The notes under the pieces were generated by a model, which saw only the letters and a program-made list of their open reading frames with translations, searched no databases and was not told where the DNA came from. The translations under genes were made by a program, and so were the position numbers. A stretch of 64,000 nt of DNA from the sequence record NZ_CP018188.1, one strand, 5' to 3'. The number at the start of each line of letters is the position of its first letter. Position 1 is the first letter of the stretch. Shown here piece after piece: positions 1 through 10,012 of the stretch. The DNA comes from a plasmid.

Positions 1-516
1 ACTAAGGAATATCTTTTAAAATATATTGATGATGTTTCTGAGTTAACTATTGAAGAACAGAATGAACTAGCTCAAGAGTTACCGGCTAGACGCTTAAGTG
101 CTGAAATTCTAGGTGATATTCAACGCATCAAAAACGGTGAAGAGCCACGTTTCTTCACTAAAGATGGACAATATAAGGGACTATGTGTTGAAGAATACCA
201 CCAGCGTGATTTTATGACACGTCAGCAACGATACGTTCTAAGTTGGGCGTTTGGCATGTTACTCTTTTTAGCAGTCTTTACAATTGTTTCCTGGAACTTT
301 GTTCCCAATGTTATTCAAAAAATGGAAACTAGTGGATCACTATTGAACTATACTGAGAACTATGGCACTCGTCCTGAACAGGTCTTTGCAATGGTTGTAT
401 GTGGCGTCTTATTGATATTACTTTCGGTAGTTGTTTCACTAGTATGTTTGAAGAGGTATCGTAAAAATACTGAAGAACCTATCAATGTTGTATTAACCGA
501 TGATTTGAGATTATAA
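1..516 (+). CDS. hypothetical membrane protein, 5'-partial (continues upstream of window)
   Basis: Frame 1 is open from base 1 to the stop at 514-516; the ORF-track Met at 214 is internal. The C-terminal ~100 aa contain two hydrophobic segments. Confidence 0.4.
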   Translation, partial: TKEYLLKYIDDVSELTIEEQNELAQELPARRLSAEILGDIQRIKNGEEPRFFTKDGQYKGLCVEEYHQRDFMTRQQRYVLSWAFGMLLFLAVFTIVSWNFVPNVIQKMETSGSLLNYTENYGTRPEQVFAMVVCGVLLILLSVVVSLVCLKRYRKNTEEPINVVLTDDLRL

Positions 517-546
517 AAGCTGAAGCTTAAGCTTTGGCTTTTTTGG
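517..546 (+). terminator. rho-independent terminator candidate
   Basis: aaagcTGaagc..gcttTGgcttt imperfect hairpin immediately after the stop codon, followed by a T5 run. Confidence 0.45.
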
Positions 547-952
547 TGTTTTTAAACTTGATCACTACATGTTACTGGGGAAATGTAGAGTATCATAATG
601 GGACTTTCACAGTCCTTGATATTTCCTAATTAAATAAATCTATAGCTAAATTCTTTTTAATGTTACATAATAAAATGATAAAAGTACATATATATCGCAC
701 CTCATGATTAACTTGTTTGTACATGGTTGGATACAAGAACAAGTGCATTGTTAATGCCCTTGTTTTTTATATATCTATATTGATAAAATATAATCATGAG
801 ATTAATAAAAAACTAAGGGAACAGAATTCAGTATCATTTTGATTTAATAGTCTTTCTGTTTTATCTAGCAAAATAGGTATTTGACTTAGCTAGATAGAGT
901 AATCAAAGACTCTTAGTATAATGTGATGAATTCGAAATGAAAGGAAAAAGTA

Positions 953-1177
953 ATGTTTGATAAGTTAGATTATAGTATGAAGATGATGGCTCGAGAAAAT
1001 GAAGGCCTAGAATTTGTTGAAGGAAAATACCTTCTAGATTCTAATGACCCTAAAGCTTTCAATTCGATGGAAGAGATTGAGCTTTATAAGGAGTTGATGA
1101 AGAAGTCAGCTATTGAGTTTATTAAGGAAGAACCAGAGTATGCTTCAAATCCATTTGAAGAACTTATGAAAGATTGA
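953..1177 (+). CDS. hypothetical small acidic protein (74 aa)
   Basis: ORF with GGAAAAAG-like weak RBS; no recognisable motif. Confidence 0.3.
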   Translation: MFDKLDYSMKMMARENEGLEFVEGKYLLDSNDPKAFNSMEEIELYKELMKKSAIEFIKEEPEYASNPFEELMKD

Positions 1178-1302
1178 GGAAGAAGTAGCATAGCATAAGG
1201 CTCCGTTACTAAAACTTCATAACAATTCCTTGATAAATGGACCACAGATGACAATTCATCATTATTAGCTATTTTTAGTTGTTAGTATTTAGGAGGTAAA
1301 AA

Positions 1303-2061
1303 ATGACTTCAGTGACAAACCGTATTAAAGCAGTGAAACAACCTAGAGGTGGTTACATACCATTGAAGCAGTTTTCAGCGATTACCTTAGACGATGATAA
1401 GATTTTGAATTCAGATGAATCAGTATCACCTGGACTTGTTGGTATGGCCGTAGACTATCTATCACGTTTGATGAATGGTGCTCAGCCTAAAGAAGCCTTT
1501 AAGATTTCTTTAAATGGAGCATATCTAGTTGGTGAATTTGATAAGGCTATCTCACTATTAGACCAAATTGTTGGACTAGATAATCAATCAATTGCTGCTG
1601 CATGTATTCTGGTGGGTTATGATGTTGCTTTTAGAGCGGGACCTGCTCGTTTTATGACAGTGGATACTATTCACGCTGATGAAGCCACTATCGAAAATAT
1701 TCGTATCATGGTACAGCGAAGTTTACACTTCTTTGAAACCTATGGGCCAATTACTCTAGATGGATTTACATTCGGATCTGCATATACGGATACAATCACA
1801 TCAGGTGATGGAGATTTCTTAACCGAGGATACTCTTTGGGATTTCAAGGTTATAAAATCAAAACCCAATAAGGATTATACCTTGCAGGTTCTCATATACT
1901 ATTTAATGGGGATTCGTTCCAATCAACCAGAGTTCTTGAGTATATCAAAGCTAGGTTTCTTTAATCCACGACAAAATGTAGTTTATCAGACAGCTATCGC
2001 TGATATTCCAAAGGAAGTTATTGAAACTGTTGAAAAAAATGTTATTGGCTATACAGACTAG
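1303..2061 (+). CDS. hypothetical protein (252 aa)
   Basis: Strong RBS AGGAGG 7 nt upstream of ATG; continuous 252-aa ORF; no family recognised. Confidence 0.55.
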   Translation: MTSVTNRIKAVKQPRGGYIPLKQFSAITLDDDKILNSDESVSPGLVGMAVDYLSRLMNGAQPKEAFKISLNGAYLVGEFDKAISLLDQIVGLDNQSIAAACILVGYDVAFRAGPARFMTVDTIHADEATIENIRIMVQRSLHFFETYGPITLDGFTFGSAYTDTITSGDGDFLTEDTLWDFKVIKSKPNKDYTLQVLIYYLMGIRSNQPEFLSISKLGFFNPRQNVVYQTAIADIPKEVIETVEKNVIGYTD

Positions 2062-2086
2062 TTAATCTGGGGTTTGGAGGTTCAAC

Positions 2087-2203
2087 ATGGAAATAGATCG
2101 TTATTGTAATAGTTGTTTGGGATACTATTCGTATGATATTGATGAAACAGATCATTATGAAAAGTGTCGTTGGTGTGGATCAGAAGATACTGAAGAAGCC
2201 TGA
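2087..2203 (+). CDS. small zinc-ribbon protein (38 aa, CxxC..CxxC)
   Basis: GGAGG RBS 6 nt upstream of ATG. Translation is MEIDRYCNSCLGYYSYDIDETDHYEKCRWCGSEDTEEA, with two CxxC pairs. It lies 9 bp downstream of the 252-aa ORF. The overlapping ORF-track call 2133..2327 is in another frame and lacks an RBS. Confidence 0.4.
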   Translation: MEIDRYCNSCLGYYSYDIDETDHYEKCRWCGSEDTEEA

Positions 2204-2340
2204 AGATAAAGGTCTCTCGATGTTAACTTCGCTCTTTGGTTTCATATCAATACTGTCTGATAGGGAAGTCCGATATCGACCGCTCTTGATGTTTATTTGG
2301 AAGAGAGAATTTTCAACACAAAATTAGTCGCTTTAAGGTA

Positions 2341-2395
2341 AGCTCTATAATTTCTGTAGTAGGTACAACTACTGTAGAGATTATGGAGCTATTTT
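2341..2395 (+). repeat. solo ISL3-family left-end-like repeat (no transposase attached)
   Basis: gctctataatttctgtagtaggtacaactactgtagagattatggagct is near-identical to the left terminus (45739-45790) of the intact ISL3 element in this window. Confidence 0.4.
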
Positions 2396-3039
2396 TTATT
2401 TTTTTGGGAATAAATTTCCATAAAGCAGTTACCAGAAGAACATTAACTATGTTTTTCTCTGGATAGCAGTATGAACAGACAATGATTATTACTCAAGTAG
2501 GAGATAAAAGGTTTAGAAAGATAGGACAAAGCCTAAAAACCCCTGGTTGGCAAGTTCTATTCAAAGATAGTGCGAGCGTACTTGATGAAGTGTTGAAAAA
2601 TAATGAGGCGAGGGAGCTCATTAATGTATAAACCACACACTGTCACTTCGTACTTAGTGCCAGCAGAGAAATATATAAAATAAACTGCCTCGCCTCACGA
2701 TAGTGCCTAACTTCAAGAAATGAGAACTGCTGGTCAGGGGCCTAGCGAGGGGTAGCTTATCTCTATCAAAGGGGTGGGTACAGCAACCAAGTAGAGGAAC
2801 AATTTTAAATCAAATCGTCATTCACCAGTGGGTGAGTAGTCAAGCAAGAGAAAATCAAAAGTGGCTCAATGCGAATATAACATCTTATCAAAAAAAGATA
2901 GAGACAGGTGAAACACCGTCTTGTAACTTTAACTTTTGAAAATTTAAGGCTCTCTGCGCTTGCTCTTGTAATTTCCTCTGTGCTACACTAATCTTAGTTT
3001 AAGAAAAGACGATTCAAATATCTATGAAAGGAGAAAAAA

Positions 3040-3570
3040 ATGAATACACCTCGTATTAACAGATTTTTAGGTGAATGGTTGGACAGACAGACTAGCCCTG
3101 ACTTTTTTCAAAAAGGTTTGATTCTGCTGAATGCATGTGACTTTCTCGACACTAATGCGGATGCCATCCCTGGTCTCATTGCTCATAAAAAAAGTCCACT
3201 ACGTCAGCAATTAGATGAAGCTCTCGCTAGTCGTGGGTTCTGTTATCTTAAGCCTATTGAAGTCAATGCTCAAGACTCCATTGAAGTAGAAAAGTATTAT
3301 CGATTTGAAACCATACCTAAAGGTTCCAACGAACCTATTACTTACTATGGTCTAGGGGCGTACTTTATATGCCGTGCTATATTTGAGAATGAATTCGATA
3401 TTGATTCTGGCTTTCAATACGATGACGAAGGACTCTTTTATGAAGACATTGGATTTGATGCTCTATTCCATAATAAGTCTGTTTTCCTAATAGGAGATAC
3501 ACCTTCAGATGATATGGAGGTATCTTGGCAAGAAGTTGGAATCTCAATGCGTAGACGGGCTTTCAATTAA
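3040..3570 (+). CDS. hypothetical protein (176 aa)
   Basis: ORF with AAAGGAG RBS; followed by terminator hairpin. Confidence 0.5.
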   Translation: MNTPRINRFLGEWLDRQTSPDFFQKGLILLNACDFLDTNADAIPGLIAHKKSPLRQQLDEALASRGFCYLKPIEVNAQDSIEVEKYYRFETIPKGSNEPITYYGLGAYFICRAIFENEFDIDSGFQYDDEGLFYEDIGFDALFHNKSVFLIGDTPSDDMEVSWQEVGISMRRRAFN

Positions 3571-3603
3571 TTAAACATCAAATACAATCCATAAATAGAT
3601 TAC

Positions 3604-3628
3604 AAAAGAGCAGTACGCTCTTTTTTTG
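3604..3628 (+). terminator. rho-independent terminator
   Basis: aagagc-agtac-gctctt hairpin followed by T7. Confidence 0.5.
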
Positions 3629-3717
3629 TATTTTCATAGGGTGTCACTGGGTTTGAGTCAGGGATGACTTTTGCTATCATCTAACTGTAATTTTTTAAGA
3701 AAGGAAATTGCTTATTT

Positions 3718-5129
3718 ATGGATAAAAACAAACGTTCAACGATCCTAAAATCTGGAGCTTTTTTAACAGCCCTTGTAGCAACAGGTTTGGTTAATAATGG
3801 CGTATCAGCAGACGAAACTACTGCACCAACTGGACCAACAGATAATGCTACTGTTGCGACTGGACACTCCGATACACTTCTCCCTCCGCTTCATCAACAC
3901 CAGCGACACCTAGTACCAATACTACAGATGTCCCCACTGCTGAGGCACCTAAAGTTGATACTCCTAAAAATGAAGGGGTAGCAACTGAGACACCTAAAGT
4001 AACTGATGGTTCCACAGGCACTGGTGTCACTACACCTACAACACCAAGTGTTACTACGCCATATCAAGACGAAGGGAAGACATCAGAAACTTCTGAGGCT
4101 ACACCTACGACCTCTGAAAATGCAAGTACAACTGCTGAAACGTCTACAGCTACCTCTGAAGGAAGTGAAGGAAACTCTACTTCTGATACAACTTCAACTG
4201 CATCAGAAACACCTACCCCTTCAGAGCACACAGTAACTGAAAATCCTACTAAGCCTAATGCTACGGATACTGCTAATACTAATCACAATAATGAGAATAA
4301 TACTAGCAGTAGTAGTGAAAATTCAACCAATACTGTTAATGACAAAGGATCAACTGTTGCCACTCCTACTCCAGCACCAACTGAAGCAAATAACGCTTCA
4401 AGTTCCGAATCACCTAGTGGCACATCAACGTCAGCCGAATCTTCTTCAACAAGTTCAGAAACACCAAAAGTCTCTGATGGAACATCTGGAACTGGTGTAA
4501 GTTTGCCAAGTAGTGACGGAACAACATCTTCTGAGAAGTCATCAACTTCTCCAGAGCTGTCTGAAACTGCTACAAACACTCCTCATATTCTGGATGGGAC
4601 CAATGGAACTGGTGTTTCAACACCAACTGAACATAAGTCAGATAATCGTACTGAACTAGCTTCAACTTCAGCAGCAACTTCAAACAAGGTGGTTGAGTCC
4701 CCTAAAACTGAAGAAACTCCTAAAGTTAGCAACACAAATGTTCAAGAAGCACCTAAAGTTAGCAACACAAATGTTCAAGAAGCACCTAAACCAGGGGACG
4801 TTTCTCCATCAACAAAACAAGTGGTGTTGAATGTGACTCCTAGTCAACCAGTGGTTACCAATACTGGTTATAAAGTTGTTTCAACAAACAATAGTGAACT
4901 TGTTGTACAAAACTTCGATGGCTCTGTAGCCTCAGTCCCAGCTTCACAGGCAGGAGGAGCAGTGAATGAGGACGGAACTGTCTCTGTTAAGACCGAGGCA
5001 GGAGAAATGGTAACACTACCTGAAACAGGGGAAGCTGGAACAAAACTCGTTACATTTGGATTCTTGATTTTGGCTGCACTTGGTCTTCAACGTACAGCAG
5101 TGAAACAAGAGAAATGGTATTCAAATTAA
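3718..5129 (+). pseudogene. LPXTG-anchored Ser/Thr-rich surface protein, frameshifted
   Basis: Signal peptide MDKNKRSTILKSGAFLTALVATGLV..SADE in one frame (stop at 3981). The S/T-rich body and LPETGE + hydrophobic tail + charged end run in the +2 frame, open to 5129. The frame change lies between ~3830 and 3895. ORF-track fragments 4006..4236 and 4258..4500 and the minus-strand ORFs are artefacts of the repetitive S/T codons. Confidence 0.6.
4729..4794 (+). repeat. perfect 33-bp tandem duplication (2 copies) inside surface-protein gene
   Basis: cctaaagttagcaacacaaatgttcaagaagca x2, encoding PKVSNTNVQEA twice. Confidence 0.7.
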
Positions 5130-5147
5130 GAAAGGTGATTTTTTTAA

Positions 5148-7688
5148 ATGTTTAAACACTCAAATAACGAGCAAGGAAATGGCTCTATTCGTAAAAATAA
5201 AGTCTATGGAGCGGTAGGTGTACTTGCACTCGGTGCTGCAGCAATCGTTGGAGGAACTTCTCAAGCATCCGCAGATGAAGTAACTGAAGCACCTGTAAAT
5301 TCAGAACCAGTTGCGACCTCACAAGCAAACGCAGACAGTCTGATGTCACAAGCTACAGCTGTTGCAACTTCAGATGTCTCTACTCCAACAACCACAGCGA
5401 CTGCAACAAACACTACTGTTTCACAACCTACTGAAACAGTAGCAGAAGTAGCCACTACACAACCAGTAAGCACTAATGATAATAATGCTTACGCTGAAAA
5501 GGCTAATACATCTACTGAAGCTGAAAAGGTAACTATCGACAACACAGCCGTCACAGATGCAGTTGCTACTGCCAAAGATAGCGGTGTAAAAGTGACACAA
5601 GATACTACCCAAGACAAGGGGACTGCGACTACAAGCGAAGAACTTGAAACAAAGCAAGCTGAAATCAAGGCCGACCAAAATGAACAAGTAGCTACAATCA
5701 AACAAGCTACCCAGGACGCATCTGGACGCCAATCAGCCTATGATGCAGCTGACAAAGCTCACGACACACTTGAAACTCAAGTAGATAAAGCAGTTAAAGA
5801 TAGTAATGGACTTATTAAAGCTGAAACTACTGAAATCTCAAGTGGGGATGGAAAAAATGTTGGTGATTACAACACCTATACTGAACAGGTTAACAAGCAG
5901 ATTGCTACGAACAAGGAAACCATCGACAAATTTAACAAAGATTATGCTGCTATGAAGGATAATGCTAACGTTAATGTTGATGGGCATGTGACAACACAAA
6001 ATGTTGACCAGTTGACTTATGGGGACTCTGTTCAAAATGGTAGTGTAAATCCAGACGGAACCTTTTCATTCACGCACGATATGAATGACTCAGCTAATGA
6101 TAGCTTGGGTGTTTTGGGTACAGGTACCCTTAATGGGAAGGTTAATTTCACGTCTGCAGCTAACGGAGACGGTTCGACAACCGTAACACTTAATAGTCTC
6201 GATTTGTGGAACTATGCTTATACAAGTAACCGTCCGAATACTGGTGTTAACCAAAATCTTAACTATCACGTTTACACCGACGGGGAAGAGATTTACTCAG
6301 TAAACCACGACGGTAACTCAAGCTTTGCGGAAGATATCAATCGTAGTATTGCACTTAACAAGTCCTATGTATTAAAGCCAGGAGAAACTACTGGTATTAT
6401 TCCGATCCTTAACATTGATGATAACTGGATTATCAATACTCATGGTCAGTTGAGTCTCGATTTCACTAATCCAAACACAGTGCCATCAGCTACAGTTAAA
6501 AAGGTTAATGAACCTGTTAAACCAGAAATTCCATCTGTAAGCTACCATGACTACAGTATGAATTATCAACCAACTGTAACTAAAACTGTCCTCAACAGCG
6601 ACGACGAAAATGTTAATGGTAAAATGATTCCTAAGAATGATGAACATACCTATGTTTTGAATAACGGAAACATCTTTGCTAATGCTAAAGTTGGCAATAC
6701 TGTGACAACACGTGATCCACTTGAATTTGGAGAAGTTCCAAACATCGAGGCCAACAAAGCTGAGAATGAGGCTAAAGGTTGGAACGTTGACTATGATGAT
6801 GCTTCTAAGACCTACACATTTACAGCTAAGTACGAAGGTAAAACTCTTGAAGCACCTACTATCAAGTTTGTAGCAACTGACGATAACGGTTTCTACGATA
6901 ATACTTATAAATCTGGTCGCAACGGTTATGAGACCTTCTCTAATACTGTTACTAACAAGACACCAACAGCTCCAAAACCACATAAGTCCGTTACAGATTC
7001 AAAAGGAAATGACATCGACGGTAAGACTACTGAAGATGATAAAGTAACCTTCCATTTGACGACTGACTATAGCCCATACAAAGATATGGCTGCATCTAAA
7101 CAAGCACTTAAATTTGCACTCCTTGATGATGTGCAAGATGGTGCATTCACAGTAGATGAAGATGCTATTACTATTGTCGATAGCAAGAACAAAGATGTCA
7201 AAGACCTTTTTGATATGTATCACGTACTTTCAGATGAAGGACGTACTGATGCCATCAACAAGATCCTAGATGAATCAGGTCTTAACCCAACTGGTGAGTT
7301 CTATCTCTGGGTAGCCAAAAATCCCGTTGATTATTACCAAGACTACATTCTAAAAAATAATAATGTAACAGTTAATCTCCCTGCTACATTGCAAGTCCCT
7401 GCAGGTACTACTGTAGAAAATGATTTCTATCAGATTGATTTCGGTAATGCCTATAAATCAAACCTCGTTTCATTCGATACACCACCAGCAGCACCAGTAG
7501 GAGAGTCTGGCGGACCTACTTCTACCCCAGTAACTCCAGTAGAAGAAGTGCCTGTACAACAACAAGCTATTAAGGTTCTTCCTAATACTGGTGAACAATC
7601 AACTTCAGCTATTGCTACAGCAGGTGCAGTTATTCTAGCTACTGCACTAGGTATGCTTGGTTTCTCTAAACGTAGTAAAGAATACTAA
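5148..7688 (+). CDS. LPXTG cell-wall-anchored surface adhesin with YSIRK-type signal peptide (846 aa)
   Basis: N-terminal GSIRKNKVYGAVGVLALGAAA signal. Central coiled-coil region. C-terminal LPNTGEQS followed by a hydrophobic stretch and KRSKEY tail, i.e. a sortase A sorting signal. RBS present. Confidence 0.8.
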   Translation: MFKHSNNEQGNGSIRKNKVYGAVGVLALGAAAIVGGTSQASADEVTEAPVNSEPVATSQANADSLMSQATAVATSDVSTPTTTATATNTTVSQPTETVAEVATTQPVSTNDNNAYAEKANTSTEAEKVTIDNTAVTDAVATAKDSGVKVTQDTTQDKGTATTSEELETKQAEIKADQNEQVATIKQATQDASGRQSAYDAADKAHDTLETQVDKAVKDSNGLIKAETTEISSGDGKNVGDYNTYTEQVNKQIATNKETIDKFNKDYAAMKDNANVNVDGHVTTQNVDQLTYGDSVQNGSVNPDGTFSFTHDMNDSANDSLGVLGTGTLNGKVNFTSAANGDGSTTVTLNSLDLWNYAYTSNRPNTGVNQNLNYHVYTDGEEIYSVNHDGNSSFAEDINRSIALNKSYVLKPGETTGIIPILNIDDNWIINTHGQLSLDFTNPNTVPSATVKKVNEPVKPEIPSVSYHDYSMNYQPTVTKTVLNSDDENVNGKMIPKNDEHTYVLNNGNIFANAKVGNTVTTRDPLEFGEVPNIEANKAENEAKGWNVDYDDASKTYTFTAKYEGKTLEAPTIKFVATDDNGFYDNTYKSGRNGYETFSNTVTNKTPTAPKPHKSVTDSKGNDIDGKTTEDDKVTFHLTTDYSPYKDMAASKQALKFALLDDVQDGAFTVDEDAITIVDSKNKDVKDLFDMYHVLSDEGRTDAINKILDESGLNPTGEFYLWVAKNPVDYYQDYILKNNNVTVNLPATLQVPAGTTVENDFYQIDFGNAYKSNLVSFDTPPAAPVGESGGPTSTPVTPVEEVPVQQQAIKVLPNTGEQSTSAIATAGAVILATALGMLGFSKRSKEY

Positions 7689-7742
7689 GATACCACCCAC
7701 TTCTTAAAAATCCTTTTCCCTATTCTAAATTCATAATTCCCT

Positions 7743-7775
7743 AAAAACACAGCTCAAAAGAGTTGTGTTTTTTTA
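7743..7775 (+). terminator. rho-independent terminator
   Basis: aaacacagctc..gagttgtgttt hairpin followed by T-run directly after the adhesin stop. Confidence 0.5.
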
Positions 7776-7943
7776 GGAGGTGTCACTGGGTTACAAATAG
7801 ATATTTGTTTTCCTATAATTAGGGAGTAATTTAAAACGAACTAGGAAGGAAGTTGTTGCTTATATGAGGACTGATAATTTATATATTTATATAATTATGG
7901 ACTTATAAAATCAAGACCATATAAGTAGAAAGAAGGTATCTAT

Positions 7944-8186
7944 TTGAAAAATAATAAATTAATGTTTATGTTGCTCATGAAATGGTTTGCTGAAAGTATT
8001 TATTTCCTTGAAATCATATTTATAACAGCTACTTCAGTTCTGTTATTAGCAAACAATATTTTCAATGTTTCAACAAAGACGATTCATATTGTCGCCCTGG
8101 TATTACTAGTGGTTTATGTATGTATTGGTCTGTTATTAGCTAATCGAAAAAATAAATTTACGATGTCAGTTAATTACTTTAAATGA
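7944..8186 (+). CDS. small hydrophobic membrane protein (80 aa)
   Basis: Two predicted TM segments; 4-bp overlap with next ORF suggests an operon. Confidence 0.35.
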   Translation: MKNNKLMFMLLMKWFAESIYFLEIIFITATSVLLLANNIFNVSTKTIHIVALVLLVVYVCIGLLLANRKNKFTMSVNYFK

Positions 8187-8482
8187 TAGGAGCATTGGCT
8201 TATATCGTACTTATCACCACCCTAAAAGGTATTGTGTTTGATATTCTGACACACCCACTAGTTACACTAGCAATTGCACTTCCTTATGTTGTAGCCATTG
8301 CCTTAAGAAACTTCAGCAAAGGTCAGATCAATAAAATCATTTTTGATGATAGACACAATGCAAATATCAGAGGAAGATTTGATACCGTAGATAATATCAA
8401 GGAATCTATGCGTTCATCTATTGCTAGTAGCATTTCTCACGAGTTTAAAGGTCTTATGGAAATCAGAGATGAAAAAGTTTAG
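8183..8482 (+). CDS. small membrane protein (99 aa)
   Basis: N-terminal hydrophobic half, hydrophilic C-terminus; translationally coupled to upstream ORF. Confidence 0.35.
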   Translation: MIGALAYIVLITTLKGIVFDILTHPLVTLAIALPYVVAIALRNFSKGQINKIIFDDRHNANIRGRFDTVDNIKESMRSSIASSISHEFKGLMEIRDEKV

Positions 8483-8609
8483 GCAAGATACTGAAGGAAA
8501 TGTAGCTGGTATGTTCAAAGTGTTGCTGAAATCTGGCTTTTTGGGGCTTAAACATATCCCATTAACTAAAGTAACACTGACATTTAACTTAGAATAAGAG
8601 GTAATCACG

Positions 8610-9180
8610 ATGAAAAAAAATATTTTTAACAACGGAACAAGCAAGTTTTTTGAAGCAGTACAATTTCTCACTATATCAAGAACGATTTGAGGTATTATGT
8701 GAAGCTAAAAAAGCTGAAAAAGAAGGCATCTAAATTTTGCCTCGGACGATGAATATAAAACATTCATTGATGCTGTAATGACTAGAGAGTGGTCTGAAGA
8801 ACTCTTTATGATCAATCTCTCAAATCCTATTGGATGCGAACACTTCCTTGCAGCACGAGAAGATGGCAATGGTGGACTAATTTGGGATGTCGTCGATTAT
8901 AGTGAGGGGAGACCGCTTCACTAAAGAACAAATCCAGACGATTGTTCCAGAGGCCTATCGATATAGTGCCTTTATGGTCTCTGAGATTGCTGCAGAAAAA
9001 GACTGGGCCCAGAAGCCCAGAACCAACGACTTGAACAAGCTAAAAAGCAAGCCCAAGAACATGAAAAACCTATCGAGAACTATCCAAAACCTCGTGTAAT
9101 CACAGATGAAGAAAGACAAGATGAACTTACACAAAGTACTATTCGGACAGTAGCAGCAACTTTGAGACCTGCACAATAAA
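8610..9180 (+). pseudogene. degraded gene (multiple frame changes)
   Basis: Consecutive short ORFs in three frames (MKKNIFNNGTSKFFEAV.. / ..FIDAVMTREWSEELFMINLSNPIGCEHFLAAREDGNGG.. / ..AQEHEKPIENYPKPRVITDEERQDEL..) read as one disrupted coding region. Confidence 0.25.
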
Positions 9181-10012
9181 TATAGGACGACCTGAGGATA
9201 GCATGTAATGATGCTATCCTTTTGTATTGACTCTTATACCACGCGCAACACTTCACTCCTAAACTCCTGTAATTTCATATTTTAAAATAAGGAAATATAG
9301 AGCTATTGAGCCAGCAGTATTTTTTTATTTACCAAGATACTGAAATTCGATCCATTTTTATTATGAACATCTAACTTAGTTAGAAGTTGTGGGAATAGTA
9401 TAGTTGAAATCTCTGAAGAATAGGCGTACAATCAAAAAAGGGGAAAAAATGACTAGAGAAGAACTTGATAATCTATTTTACAAAGTCCCTAATGGAGTAG
9501 ACTACGCAGACCTGCTTGAAGAAGTTGATTTAGAAGATGTGCCAGAAGAAACGATTAACAAAACTTATCTCTTTATTATCTAGCGATGATGATTTTTTGC
9601 GCTATAAAGCTTCTAGGCTTTTAACTAATTGGGGACTGAAAGCAGGTTTTAATGTGTTGGCTCAGATGTTTGTTGAAGGGAAATTGGAAGATTTAGGTTT
9701 TGAAGTTGTAGTCCATGACAAAATGCCCGATGTGGTATTGTATAATTCTGAAAAGAATTGGTTATTCTTTATTGAAGCAGTTACTTCTGTAGGAGAAATC
9801 AGTCCTAAGAGAATTTTTGAAATTGAAGAAATGACCAATATTCTAACGCTGGAAATGTTTATGTTACAGCGTTTCCTGATTTTAAGACTTATAAAAAATT
9901 TGCGCATAATCTAGCTTGGGAAACAGAGGTGTGGCTGTCTGAATTACCAGAACACATGATTTCACTTGAACGGTGATAGATTTATGGGACCAAGAAAATA
10001 GAAGGTGAAAAT

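Noticed and set aside
3848-4579. Minus-strand ORFs 3848..4030 and 4283..4579 and plus-strand fragments 4006..4236 and 4258..4500
   Set aside because: They lie in the wrong frame or strand within the Ser/Thr-rich surface-protein pseudogene. Repetitive ACN/TCN codons keep alternative frames open.
5261-7223. Minus-strand ORFs 5261..5473, 5421..5732, 5489..5701, 5838..6035, 6486..6983 and 6999..7223, all inside the LPXTG adhesin gene
   Set aside because: They are antisense to a well-supported 846-aa gene, have no RBS and give low-complexity translations. They are shadow ORFs.
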